Under the pieces are notes generated by a model. It did not search any database and was not told the DNA's origin. It worked only from the letters and a program-made list of their open reading frames with translations. Both the position numbers and the translations under genes were made by a program. A stretch of DNA of 64,000 nt, from contig CAXXOA010000001.1 of NCBI GenBank assembly GCA_963666275.2, positions 96,001 through 160,000 on the forward strand, read 5' to 3'. Positions 9,336-19,593 of the stretch are shown piece by piece (position 1 is the stretch's first letter; the number at the start of each line of letters is the position of its first letter). The stretch comes from Oceanispirochaeta sp. (lineage in GTDB: Bacteria > Spirochaetota > Spirochaetia > DSM-2461).

Positions 9336-10289
9336 TTACTTAAGAAAATCAAGGATATCCTGAACTTTTTCCGGAGGAACCAGCTCATAGGGAACATCCA
9401 CATAGGAGGGGAGGGATTGTTTCTGAATCAGCTGATAGGCGGACTTTGCTGCTGTATAACCCTGCATCAGCCCATTCTGAAACACGGTAACATTCAGACG
9501 GCCTTCCTGCATCATCTTGAGAGCAGCCTCTGTTGCATCAATTCCGCCGAACAGCATCTGTCCGGCCTCACCGGCTTCTTCATAGGCTTCCACCGCTCCG
9601 ATAATCATCTCGTCGTTGTCTCCCATGACAATATCCACATCCAGATCAGCATCGATCCAGGAACGGGCGATGTCTCTCCCCCTGTCCCTGTCCCAGAAAC
9701 CTACGATTTCAGCGATGATTGTCATTTCCGGGTACTGGGCTATCACCTCCCGGAAACCATCGGTCCTGTCTCTGGCGGCGTCATGGGATGGGTCTCCCAC
9801 AAGGATGGCAACATTCCCTTTGCCTCCGGATTGTTCCGCCAGATATTTCGCCTGTGCCACTCCCATGGCTTTATTGTCTGAACCAACGTAGGTGTCACTG
9901 GGAGAATTGATTTCTGAATTCACAGCAATAAGGGGAATCCCTGCTTCCATACAAGCTTCCGAGATGGGTTTTGTCGCATCCGGGTCGGTCGTTTTTATGA
10001 TTACCGCATCAAATCCTCTGTCTATAAAATCTAAGGTGTGCTTTACCTGTGTTTCGGCATCATAATCGGCATCCAGGACCTCAATCGTCAGGTTTGAGGT
10101 TTCCCCGGCGAATTGCTGCAGTCCCTTATCAACGTAGGCTAAAAATGCGTCCTTTGTTTCCAGGGTGACTCCTATACGGATCTGCCCGCCCCTGCCTGAG
10201 GCTTCCGTGCTGCCGCCGGCAGAAACGGGGAAAGGAAATGTGATTGCCATGAAAGCAATGACTCCAATAAAACGGAAACTCCTTAACAT
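9336..10289 (-). CDS. Sugar ABC-type periplasmic binding protein (RbsB-like), orphan
   Basis: Signal peptide ending SAGGSTE; YVGSDN, RTDGF, NDEMIIGA, GIDA and TVFQN motifs; ATG at 10289 with GGAGG RBS. Confidence 0.85.
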   Translation of the reverse strand: MLRSFRFIGVIAFMAITFPFPVSAGGSTEASGRGGQIRIGVTLETKDAFLAYVDKGLQQFAGETSNLTIEVLDADYDAETQVKHTLDFIDRGFDAVIIKTTDPDATKPISEACMEAGIPLIAVNSEINSPSDTYVGSDNKAMGVAQAKYLAEQSGGKGNVAILVGDPSHDAARDRTDGFREVIAQYPEMTIIAEIVGFWDRDRGRDIARSWIDADLDVDIVMGDNDEMIIGAVEAYEEAGEAGQMLFGGIDATEAALKMMQEGRLNVTVFQNGLMQGYTAAKSAYQLIQKQSLPSYVDVPYELVPPEKVQDILDFLK

Positions 10290-10496
10290 TTTAGCCTCCT
10301 TTAGAATGGTAATTCTGATTCCCGGATACTTATCAAAAAATACGACACTCTGGAATGTGATTTCAAGAAAAAACGAAATATTCATTTTTTTTCTTTTATT
10401 AAAATGCTATCTGTGCATTTTTTACTCTATTGTATTAGTCTTTAAAATAATTAATCGTATTTGGAATTCGAAACGTTGAATAAAAGGAGTTGGGGT

Positions 10497-12503
10497 ATGT
10501 TTCAGGAATGGAAAGTTCGAACAAAACTGCTGGTCGGTTTTTTTCTTTTGGTTGCATTTACTCTCTCCGTGGGCATATCAGGTATTTTCGGGATAAACAG
10601 AATCATTCATCAGATGAATATCAGCAATCTTTCCAACAGCAGTATTGCGGATGCCCAGGATGCCCAGACTAGCTCTCTGCGGTATATGATTTATAACGAT
10701 TTTAAATATTACATTCAGGTCAAGGATAAATACCGGACCGTCATGGAGCAGGCTAAAGAGGTGGAATCTCTCATGCGGGACGAGGAAAGCAGAAAAATTA
10801 CCCAGGACTTGATGAATAACATGGTCTCCTATAATCAGGCAAATCAGAAATATTTTAATAATACCTATCAAAGGAATTCTGCTGAAAGAATCCGCATGGA
10901 GACGTTTTCCCGTATGCAGCAAAAGCTGGAATCCATTGTTTCCATAGGGAATTCAGCACTTAAGCAGGAAATGCGATCCCCTGGAAATAATCTTATGCTC
11001 CTTCAGATGGATCTGGCAAAAATGTCTAACCTCATTACCCGGTTAAATACCAATGCCCTGATGTATAGCTTGAACTCCCAGGTTTCCGATAAAGACAAGT
11101 TTGTTCAGGACTGGGTGGAGGCCTATAAGAATTCCTCGGAAACGATTGCCGATATCATTCCAGAATTTAAAAATGACTCGGAGGTTCTAACAGTTCTGGA
11201 ATCTATCATCAGTGATCTGAAAACCTATCAGTACAATCTGGAAGTTTACAGAAATCTGGATGCCGAAATGAGCAGCATTCAGGATGCCCAGATGAATGCC
11301 GCCCTCTCGGTTGTAGAGAGCTCCCGGGAGGTTCAGGGTTCTGTCGCTTCTGTGATACAGGGGATAACACGGCAGAATACTGTTATCACTATCGTCTTTT
11401 CCCTTGTCGCCGCTCTCCTCGGGCTTCTTGTCGCCATGCTGATTACCAACTCCCTTGCAGTGCAGCTTGGAGGCGAACCACACGAAATCCAGCATATTAC
11501 GTCACAGATCGCCAGCGGTGATTTAAATCTGATTTTCCCCGATCGGAAACTTACGGGAGTATATGCGTCGATGAAGGTGATGACAGAAAAACTCTCCGAG
11601 ATCGTCCGCCATATCATTACCGCGGCTGATCAGGTTACTAATGGGAGTCAGCAAATCTCCGCCTCATCACAACAGATCTCATCCGGAACAAGCGAACAGG
11701 CCTCCAATATGGAGGAGGTCTCTGCATCCATAGAGCAGTTGAACTCCAATATTCAGCAGAACACATCAAATGCGCAGCAGTCGAATGCGATGGCTAAAAA
11801 AGTTGCCGACGACTCACAGGAGGGAAGTCATGCCGTTTCCGATGCTGTAGAGGCTATGACTGAAATAGCTGAGAAAATATCGGTTATTCAGGAAATCGCC
11901 CGGAGTACCAATATGCTCGCCCTGAATGCGGCCATAGAGGCGGCCAGGGCCGGAGAAGCGGGTAAAGGTTTTGCTGTTGTGGCTTCAGAAGTCAGGAAGC
12001 TGGCCGAGTCCAGCGGTGCGGCAGCAAAGGAGATTACGAATATTACCCATGACAGTGTAGAGCGTGCGTCTGTTGCTCAGCAGAAAATTACAGATATCGT
12101 CCCGTCAATGCAGAAAACAGCCGATCTGGTGGAGGAAATTTCCAGTGCCAGTATGGAGCAGAGTAAGGGGGCTGAGCAGATCTCTTCGGCTATCAATCAG
12201 CTGGATATGGTGGTACAGCAGAACGCCTCTTCATCGGAAGAACTGGCATCCATGTCGGAAGAGCTTTTTGCCCAGGCCATGTCGATGAAGGAGACCATCA
12301 GTTTTTTTCGTGTAAGAGGTTCCGATTTGAACTCCGGCTACGACGTTGAAAGAAAAGCAGCCCCTCCGAAGGCATTGTCGCAAAGGCCTTTCAGGAAATC
12401 AATTCCTCCGCAAGGAGTGGAAAAAGCGGATCCGTACAGGGACGCTGATAGACTCCTTTCCAAACCCGAAAATGTAGATGGGGAAGAATTTGAGGAATTT
12501 TGA
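10497..12503 (+). CDS. Methyl-accepting chemotaxis protein
   Basis: Two TM segments and signalling domain [34 protein letters not shown]-terminal FEEF (NWETF-like tether). Confidence 0.95.
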   Translation: MFQEWKVRTKLLVGFFLLVAFTLSVGISGIFGINRIIHQMNISNLSNSSIADAQDAQTSSLRYMIYNDFKYYIQVKDKYRTVMEQAKEVESLMRDEESRKITQDLMNNMVSYNQANQKYFNNTYQRNSAERIRMETFSRMQQKLESIVSIGNSALKQEMRSPGNNLMLLQMDLAKMSNLITRLNTNALMYSLNSQVSDKDKFVQDWVEAYKNSSETIADIIPEFKNDSEVLTVLESIISDLKTYQYNLEVYRNLDAEMSSIQDAQMNAALSVVESSREVQGSVASVIQGITRQNTVITIVFSLVAALLGLLVAMLITNSLAVQLGGEPHEIQHITSQIASGDLNLIFPDRKLTGVYASMKVMTEKLSEIVRHIITAADQVTNGSQQISASSQQISSGTSEQASNMEEVSASIEQLNSNIQQNTSNAQQSNAMAKKVADDSQEGSHAVSDAVEAMTEIAEKISVIQEIARSTNMLALNAAIEAARAGEAGKGFAVVASEVRKLAESSGAAAKEITNITHDSVERASVAQQKITDIVPSMQKTADLVEEISSASMEQSKGAEQISSAINQLDMVVQQNASSSEELASMSEELFAQAMSMKETISFFRVRGSDLNSGYDVERKAAPPKALSQRPFRKSIPPQGVEKADPYRDADRLLSKPENVDGEEFEEF

Positions 12504-12553
12504 AGCACCCGGGAAAGGGGGGGGATACCCGAGTGAAGTGGGACCGAGGGAGC

Positions 12554-13426
12554 CTAGTACCTTTTCAGTTTAAGGATTTCCTTCCCCTTCTGTATCTGAC
12601 CGGAATGCTTTTTATAATCGCTCACAACCAGTGAAATCTGAATCACACTGAGGATGCACAGTTCGCTGATCCTGGCAGCAGGCAGATCGCTCATGACATC
12701 GGATTTTCTGGCACAGGTATGAAGGACTATATCGGAGCACTCTGTTATAGGGGAGTTGGCAAATCCGGTGATACAGATTGTTGTGGCTCCCTGTTTTTTG
12801 GCTTCTCTGAGAGAATCCACAGTATTTTTGGATCGTCCGCTGTATACCACAGCCAGGGCCACATCGCCCTTATGAAGCTGTGATGCCGCTGTGATCTCCA
12901 TAATAGGATCATTATAATAGTTGCAGTTAATACCTATCTGCATAAGGAGATTGAAGGCATTCAGGGCAGACGCACCTGATCCTCCTTCTCCGTAGATATC
13001 GATCCGGTTGGCATGGATAATTGCCTGGATTGTTTCTTCCAGAGCCTGATCATTCAGTATGTTCTGGGTTTCATCTATCACCTGTTTGTTGAACTGAAAA
13101 ATTTTCTGCTTCAGCACTTTGACAGAATCGTTCCTGTTGATCTGGATCACTTCGGAAGAGGGAGACAGCAGTTCCCTTTCTATATAGAATTTGAGTTCCG
13201 TGTATCCCTTGAAACCCAGTGTTCTGCAGAAACGGACAACCGTAGCGGCACTTGTCCCTGTTTCATCTGCAATATCCTGAGTTGTCATTTTAAGGATTTC
13301 AGTCTTCTGTTCCATCACATAGTCGGCAATCTTTTTTTCTGTTTCGCTCAGATTCTCATAGTGACTGGTGATCCTCGTCATATACTCATATTTTTCAATA
13401 GGTTCGTTATCGCTCATGAAATGCAT
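12554..13426 (-). CDS. RpiR/MurR-family transcriptional regulator (copy B)
   Basis: HTH plus SIS; clear but diverged paralog of 1561-2424. Confidence 0.9.
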   Translation of the reverse strand: MHFMSDNEPIEKYEYMTRITSHYENLSETEKKIADYVMEQKTEILKMTTQDIADETGTSAATVVRFCRTLGFKGYTELKFYIERELLSPSSEVIQINRNDSVKVLKQKIFQFNKQVIDETQNILNDQALEETIQAIIHANRIDIYGEGGSGASALNAFNLLMQIGINCNYYNDPIMEITAASQLHKGDVALAVVYSGRSKNTVDSLREAKKQGATTICITGFANSPITECSDIVLHTCARKSDVMSDLPAARISELCILSVIQISLVVSDYKKHSGQIQKGKEILKLKRY

Positions 13427-13765
13427 TTTACAATGGTTTTTTGGATTTAGAAACAGATTTCAGAAAAATACTGAAGTACATGGAATGAAAATAAATTTCA
13501 AATAAACAAAATAAAAGTTGAAAAAACTTTCATACTGGAGTATTCTGTTTGAGAAAGCAGCATTTAAAGGGTATTTCTTCCCGGTAAATCCGGACTTTCC
13601 GGTGCCGTGAAGTTCTGTAATGAAATATGTTTTATGAGACTTCGAAATATGAGGAAATATATTTCAAAAAAAAGTTGACAGCTGAAAAAACTGGGGTTAC
13701 TGTAAACATAAGACACATGAAATACATTTCATAAAAATAAAAAATTACTGATATATAGTTTCATA
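13417..13765. promoter_or_regulatory. Divergent promoter region with multiple TGAAA-N4-TTTCA-like operators
   Basis: TTGACA at 13675-13680 followed after N17 by TACTGT. Sites include TGAAATACATTTCA (~13719), TGAAAAAACTTTCA (~13519), AGAAACAGATTTCA (~13449) and GGAAATATATTTCA (~13653). Confidence 0.65.
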
Positions 13766-13796
13766 TAACTTGAGTAAGTGAGGAAGAGGAAAGCTT

Positions 13797-14552
13797 ATGA
13801 CACTGACTGATAGAGTAGCTATAGTTACCGGTGGCGGATCACCTAAAGGCATCGGGCGTTCAATTGCTCTGACCCTGGCGAAATACGGCGCCAGCGTTGT
13901 CGTTGCAGACCTGGATCTGGAAGGGGCACAGAAAGTGGCTGAAGAGATCAAGGCTCTGGGCCGTAAAGCCCTGGCTGTAAAGGTTAATGTAACAGATAAG
14001 AAAGCGATAGACGAAATGATTGCCAAAACAGTGGCTGAATTCGGCAAGCTGGACATTCTGGTTAACAATGCCGGTATTACTCAGCCTGTCAGCGTAGCTG
14101 ATACGACAGAAGCCGACTGGGACAGGATCATAGCGGTCAACCTGAAGAGCACATTTCTCTGTTCTCAGGCTGCTGTTGAGGTCATGAAAAAGAATAAATA
14201 CGGACGGATCGTCAATATGAGTTCCGTTTCGGGAAAACAGGGGGGAGGCGTTTTCGGCGGAGCCCATTATTCGGCCGCTAAAGCGGGAATCCTGGGATTT
14301 TCCAAAGCCCTGGCAAAAGAGGTTGTAAGCTACGGAATTACTGTGAACTCTGTTGCTCCGGGTGCGGTTGCCACAGAGATCCGGAAAGGGATCTCGGATG
14401 AAAAGGAAAAGGCTATTGCCGATTCCATTCCCATGAAAAGGGTGGGGAAGCCGGAAGAGATCGCTTTTACAGTGGCATTTCTTGCAGCTGATGAAGCTGC
14501 CTACATTACAGGAGAAGACATCGATATTAACGGTGGTTCTTACATAGATTAG
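13797..14552 (+). CDS. Short-chain dehydrogenase/reductase (copy B)
   Basis: Close paralog of 2577-3332 with many synonymous differences. Confidence 0.92.
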   Translation: MTLTDRVAIVTGGGSPKGIGRSIALTLAKYGASVVVADLDLEGAQKVAEEIKALGRKALAVKVNVTDKKAIDEMIAKTVAEFGKLDILVNNAGITQPVSVADTTEADWDRIIAVNLKSTFLCSQAAVEVMKKNKYGRIVNMSSVSGKQGGGVFGGAHYSAAKAGILGFSKALAKEVVSYGITVNSVAPGAVATEIRKGISDEKEKAIADSIPMKRVGKPEEIAFTVAFLAADEAAYITGEDIDINGGSYID

Positions 14553-14580
14553 GAAATTATTTTTTTTAAAGGAGAATTTT

Positions 14581-15588
14581 ATGAAAAGATTGTTAGCATT
14601 GGTAGTAATGGCTGCAGTTCTGACAGGTGGTGTATTTGCCGCTGGTCAGCAGGAAGGCGGAGCTTCCGGTGGTGGAGATGAGAAAATCGTTCTGAAACTC
14701 GGATACGGTGGACCTACCACCAACCCCAGGCATATGGTTGCAGAACAGTTCAAGGCTGCCGTAGAGAAAGAAAGCAATGGTAGAGTTCAGATCGACCTGT
14801 TTCCTGCTGAAATGATTGGTACTGACAGACAGATGGCTGAAATGGTTTCCATGGGAACCCTGGACATGACCATTAATGCTCATGGTGTTATTGCATCCTA
14901 CGAGCCCAAGCTGGCTGCCCTGGAACTTCCTTTCCTTTTTACCTCCAATGAAAAAGTGGGACAGGTTCTTGATGGACCCATGGGTGAAGAAATTGTAAAA
15001 GATCTGCCTGCCAAAGGGATGAGAGTTCTGGCATTCTGGGAAAATGGTCTGAGACAGATCACCAATAGTGTAAGACCTATCGAAAAACCCGAAGATCTGA
15101 AGGGACTGAAACTCAGAACTCCTGAAAACCCCATGACACTGGCTATTTTCAAAGCCCTTGGAGCAAGCCCCGCTCCCCTGGCTTTCTCTGAACTCTACAT
15201 GGCTCTGTCTCAGGGTGTGTTCGACGGACAGGAAAACCCCGTTGTAAATATTCACGCAGCCAAGTTTGACGAAGTTCAGAAATACATTTCCATTACTAAT
15301 CATAAATATGAAAGCTGTCCTTTCGTAGTGAGTGAAGCTGTATGGCAGGACCTTCCTGCTGACGTTCAGGTTATCCTGAAAGAAAATGCGGTTGAGTTCG
15401 CCGGTGTTCACAGACAGACTGTAGCTGATGGGCAGGCTAAACTTCTGGCTGAACTGGAATCCAAGGGAATGCAGGTCAGTCGTCCTGACACCGCTCCTTT
15501 CCAGGCTGCTACTGCCAGTGTATATGCTGAGTATGAGAAAAAACTCGGAAAAGATCTGGTTGACGGCGTGAGAGCTGCAGCAAAATAA
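14581..15588 (+). CDS. dctP: TRAP substrate-binding protein (copy B)
   Basis: Same motifs as copy A but clearly diverged. Confidence 0.92.
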   Translation: MKRLLALVVMAAVLTGGVFAAGQQEGGASGGGDEKIVLKLGYGGPTTNPRHMVAEQFKAAVEKESNGRVQIDLFPAEMIGTDRQMAEMVSMGTLDMTINAHGVIASYEPKLAALELPFLFTSNEKVGQVLDGPMGEEIVKDLPAKGMRVLAFWENGLRQITNSVRPIEKPEDLKGLKLRTPENPMTLAIFKALGASPAPLAFSELYMALSQGVFDGQENPVVNIHAAKFDEVQKYISITNHKYESCPFVVSEAVWQDLPADVQVILKENAVEFAGVHRQTVADGQAKLLAELESKGMQVSRPDTAPFQAATASVYAEYEKKLGKDLVDGVRAAAK

Positions 15589-15678
15589 TCAGCTTTAATC
15601 AGGGAAAATATTTGATGGGGTTGTTTCTATTACTTATAGTTTTAGGAAACAACCCCATTTTTAAGGAAAAAACACACA

Positions 15679-16167
15679 ATGAGTTTCATTCATAAAGTAA
15701 ATGAGCTGGTGATCAAAGCTGTAACCGCTCTAAGCCTTGTTTTACTCGGAATACTGACAGTGGGTACCATGGGCGGAGTCATATTCCGGTATGTACTGAA
15801 GAGTCCTGTGGTCTGGTTATACGAATTTATAGTTCTTATCTTTGCCTGGACTGTTTTCAGCGGCGTTGTCCTGGCATACTCTAAAAAAGAAAATATACAT
15901 CTGACCTTTGTTATGAATGCTCTTTCCCGCAATGGAAAGAGGATTCTGGCTCTGATCATAGATCTTATAAATATGATATTTCTCTTCATGGTTGTTTTCT
16001 ACGGTTTTAAGCTTGTGAAAAGTACATCCATGCAGACCTATAATACAATTCCCGTTTCGCTGGGATGGTTCTATGCCTCCTTTCCGGTTATGGGGATTCC
16101 AATGATTATTACCATCATAGACCGGGCGGTTAGCCGGTTTGAAAAAACTGACAGGGAGGCCGCCTGA
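15679..16167 (+). CDS. dctQ: TRAP small permease (copy B)
   Basis: Paralog of 4438-4941. Confidence 0.9.
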   Translation: MSFIHKVNELVIKAVTALSLVLLGILTVGTMGGVIFRYVLKSPVVWLYEFIVLIFAWTVFSGVVLAYSKKENIHLTFVMNALSRNGKRILALIIDLINMIFLFMVVFYGFKLVKSTSMQTYNTIPVSLGWFYASFPVMGIPMIITIIDRAVSRFEKTDREAA

Positions 16168-17447
16168 TGGGTTTTATTCTTTTAATCTGTTTCGCCGTTC
16201 TGATGGCCATAGGAGTGCCCATTGCGGTATCCCTGGGACTGAGTACGGCCCTGTCGATCATGATTACCGGTCAGTATAACCTGATCACGGTATTTCACCG
16301 GGCTATCAGCGGTGTGGATTCCTATATCCTGCTGTCTATCCCCTTCTTTATCCTGGCGGGACAGCTTATGAACACCGGGGGAATCACCCGGAAGATCTTT
16401 AAGTTCGCCACCTGCCTTGTGGGGCGTATCCCCGGAGGTCTGGGGCATGCGAACATCGTTGCCAGTATCATCTTTTCGGGTATGTCCGGTTCGGCCGTTG
16501 CCGATGCGGGCGGTCTGGGACAGATTGAAATGCAGGCCATGACCGATGAAGGGTATGATCCCGAGTTCAGTGCGGCGGTCACCACCGCTTCGGCCACCAT
16601 AGGTCCGATCATTCCGCCCAGTATTCCCATGGTTGTCTACGGCGCCGCCGCAGAAGTCTCTGTGGGAGCCCTGTTCCTGGGCGGTTTCATTCCCGGAATC
16701 CTTCTGGGGCTGACCTCCATGGTTCTTGTACTGATCATATCCCTGAAACGGGGCTATCCCCGGAGCGATTACTTCAGTTTCAAGGAAGTTGCGATCTCCT
16801 TCAAAGAGTCCTTCCTGTCCCTGCTGACGCCTGTGATCATCATCGGTGGAATCCTGGGGGGAATCTTTACTCCCACCGAAGCCGCCGTTGTGGCCACAGT
16901 CTATGCCTTTGTACTGGGAGTGTTTGTCTACAGAGAGATCAAGCTGAAGGATCTGGCGCAGATCATGATCAGTACGATTATCACCGCCTCTTCGGTTATC
17001 TTCATCATCTCGGCGGCGACCTCTTTCAGCTGGCTGATCGCCATGGAAGGGATCACCATGAAGGTGGCCAACTTCCTGCTGTCTGTGACCACAAACAAGT
17101 ATCTGATCCTGCTTCTTCTGAACCTGATTTTCCTTGTTCTGGGAATGTTTATGGAGAGCCTTTCGATCCTGCTGATTACGGTTCCCTTCCTGATGCCCCT
17201 GATCACCCAGGTGGGACTGAACCCTGTTCATATGGGAGTTGTACTGGTACTGAACCTTATGATCGGTCTGTCCACGCCGCCTGTGGGAATGTCGCTGTTC
17301 GTTTCGAGCAAGATAGCCAAGGTGAGTCTGGAGAGCCTGTACAAGGAGATCCTGCCGTTCCTGATTCCCCTGATTCTGGTACTGCTTGTGATTACCTATG
17401 TGCCTGACACGGTTCTCTGGCTGCCCAGGGTGGTTTTCGGATACTGA
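16167..17447 (+). CDS. dctM: TRAP large permease (copy B)
   Basis: Translated sequence appears identical to copy A. Confidence 0.95.
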   Translation: MGFILLICFAVLMAIGVPIAVSLGLSTALSIMITGQYNLITVFHRAISGVDSYILLSIPFFILAGQLMNTGGITRKIFKFATCLVGRIPGGLGHANIVASIIFSGMSGSAVADAGGLGQIEMQAMTDEGYDPEFSAAVTTASATIGPIIPPSIPMVVYGAAAEVSVGALFLGGFIPGILLGLTSMVLVLIISLKRGYPRSDYFSFKEVAISFKESFLSLLTPVIIIGGILGGIFTPTEAAVVATVYAFVLGVFVYREIKLKDLAQIMISTIITASSVIFIISAATSFSWLIAMEGITMKVANFLLSVTTNKYLILLLLNLIFLVLGMFMESLSILLITVPFLMPLITQVGLNPVHMGVVLVLNLMIGLSTPPVGMSLFVSSKIAKVSLESLYKEILPFLIPLILVLLVITYVPDTVLWLPRVVFGY

Positions 17448-17453
17448 CAGGAG

Positions 17454-17631
17454 GGGCTGCGGATCTGCATTCTCTGTCGGAATTTTTAATTTTAATTGCA
17501 GAAGGGGACGCAGATCTGCGTCCCGTACTGCATAGGTAAATCGAATGGACAGGTAATTCCTATAAATTGATGATTTCTGAAAGTGAAATGTTATGCGAAA
17601 TCATTATGGCAAAGGCTGCCGATCTGCAGCC
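17454..17631. repeat. Cluster of three related short palindromes (REP-like)
   Basis: Perfect 20-bp palindrome GGGACGCAGATCTGCGTCCC at 17505-17524; degenerate relatives at ~17454 (GGGGCTGCGGATCTGCATTC) and ~17614 (GGCTGCCGATCTGCAGCC). Confidence 0.6.
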
Positions 17632-17646
17632 GTAAAGGAGAATAAT

Positions 17647-18480
17647 ATGAATAAGGAAGAAAAAGTTGCCTATCTGAAAGGTAAGGCCAAAGAGCTTCGA
17701 AAGACGGCATTGACCATGATTCATACCGCTCAGTCAGGACACCCCGGTGGATCCCTGTCTGCTGCAGACTTTATGGCGGCCCTCTATTTCGATGAGCTGA
17801 ATATCAATCCCAAAGACCCCAAATGGGCCGACCGGGACCGCTTCGTCCTTTCAAAAGGGCATGTCTGTCCCATCCTGTACTCCTCTCTGGCTCTGAGAGA
17901 GTACTTCCCCTATGACACCATCTACACCCTGAGAAAACAGGGCTCCATTCTGCAGGGCCACCCTGACATGAAGGTCTGCCCCGGTGTGGATATCTCCACA
18001 GGATCTCTGGGACAGGGCCTGTCCACCGCCGTGGGAATGGCCATAGCGGGAAAACGGGACAAAAAAGACTATCGTGTTTTCTGCCTTGTAGGAGACGGGG
18101 AGTGCCAGGAAGGTCAGATCTGGGAAGCCGTGATGACCGCTGTGAAATACAAACTGGACAACCTGGTGATCCTTGTGGACAACAACAATCTGCAGAACGA
18201 CAACACCTGTGACGTGGTTATGCCTACGGGAGACCTGAGACTGAAGTTCGAGGCCTTCGGCTGTGAGGCAGTACGGATCAACGGACATGAAATGTCTGAA
18301 ATCGTGGATGCCCTGGATGTGGCAAGAAAGCAGAAAGATAACGGAGTTCCCAAAGTGATCGTGGGAAATACAGTCAAAGGCAAGGGCGTTTCCTTTATGG
18401 AAGGTGTTGTCATGTGGCACGGTGTTGCCCCGGACAAAGAACAGTTCGCCCAGGCAGTAGAAGAAGTGGAGGCCATGTAA
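17647..18480 (+). CDS. Transketolase N-terminal subunit (copy B)
   Basis: Near-identical to copy A (visible differences N3K and M->V near the C-terminus); ATG at 17647 with AAGGAG RBS. Confidence 0.93.
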   Translation: MNKEEKVAYLKGKAKELRKTALTMIHTAQSGHPGGSLSAADFMAALYFDELNINPKDPKWADRDRFVLSKGHVCPILYSSLALREYFPYDTIYTLRKQGSILQGHPDMKVCPGVDISTGSLGQGLSTAVGMAIAGKRDKKDYRVFCLVGDGECQEGQIWEAVMTAVKYKLDNLVILVDNNNLQNDNTCDVVMPTGDLRLKFEAFGCEAVRINGHEMSEIVDALDVARKQKDNGVPKVIVGNTVKGKGVSFMEGVVMWHGVAPDKEQFAQAVEEVEAM

Positions 18481-19409
18481 TGGAAGGAAAAGCAACCAGA
18501 GACGCCTACGGAGAAGAAATCCTGGCCCTCGGAAGAGAAAATAAAAATATCTATGTGGTAGATGCGGACATCGGAAAGTCCTGTAAAACCGTTCCCTTTT
18601 CACAGGAGCTGCCTGATCAGCATGTGAATGTGGGAATCGCCGAGCAGAATGCGGCGGGCGTGGGAGCCGGACTGGCCACCACAGGAAAAATCCCCTTTGT
18701 CACCACCTATGCAATCTTCGGCTCCATGAGAATGGGCGAACAGATCCGACAGGAGATCTGCTATCCCAAACTGAATGTGAAGATAGCCTGTTCCCACGGA
18801 GGATTCACTCCCGCCAACGACGGAGCGAGCCATCAGGCCATCGAAGATATGGGAATCCTCAGAACCATTCCCAATATGACAGTCATCATGCCCGCCGACT
18901 ACTATGCGGCGAAGAAACTGGTAAGAGCGGCGGCCGAGTACTACGGCCCTGTCTACCTGCGGTTTACCCGGGACCCGATCCCCTTTATCTACGACGAAAG
19001 TGTGGAACTGGAAATCGGAAAGGCCCACCAGATCAAAGACGGAAAAGACGTGGCCATCATTGCCAACGGCGATATTATGAGCCGGGCCGTGAAGGCGGCG
19101 GAGGAGCTGGAAGCCAAAGGGATCTCTGTAAGAGTCCTGGATATGCACACCATCAAACCCCTGGATGAGGAAGCGGTGGGAGCCTGTATCGATGAGATCG
19201 GTAAGATCATCACCGTGGAGGATCACAACATCCTGAACGGTCTGGGAAGCGCCGTCTGTGAAATGGTAGCCGAGAGAGGCGTGGGACAGGTGACCCGGAT
19301 CGGAATCCGGGACCAGTTCGGAGAGTCCGCTCCCTATGACTATCTGCTTGAAAAGAACGGCGTCACCGTAGAGAATATAGTCGCTTCCGCAGAGGCCCTG
19401 CTGAAGTGA
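18480..19409 (+). CDS. Transketolase C-terminal subunit (copy B)
   Basis: Translation appears identical to copy A. Confidence 0.93.
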   Translation: MEGKATRDAYGEEILALGRENKNIYVVDADIGKSCKTVPFSQELPDQHVNVGIAEQNAAGVGAGLATTGKIPFVTTYAIFGSMRMGEQIRQEICYPKLNVKIACSHGGFTPANDGASHQAIEDMGILRTIPNMTVIMPADYYAAKKLVRAAAEYYGPVYLRFTRDPIPFIYDESVELEIGKAHQIKDGKDVAIIANGDIMSRAVKAAEELEAKGISVRVLDMHTIKPLDEEAVGACIDEIGKIITVEDHNILNGLGSAVCEMVAERGVGQVTRIGIRDQFGESAPYDYLLEKNGVTVENIVASAEALLK

Positions 19410-19420
19410 TTTGGCATGTT

Positions 19421-19569
19421 CCCTCTCCCTTTGGGAGAGGGCAAGGGTGAGGGTTGGATAGAGGCTGTTTCATTTGGCCGGTTCCCCCCCCCTCTCCCCT
19501 TAATCCCCTCTCCAGTGGTTGCATTGGCGAGCAGGAAGCTTGCTTCCGACCAGCCCAAAGGGAGAGGAG
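19421..19569. repeat. REP-like element, as at 8110-8217 but carrying an extra ~41-bp hairpin insert
   Basis: Direct comparison with the copy A intergenic region. Confidence 0.7.
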
Positions 19570-19593
19570 GAGATTCTTTATAAGGATAGAAAC

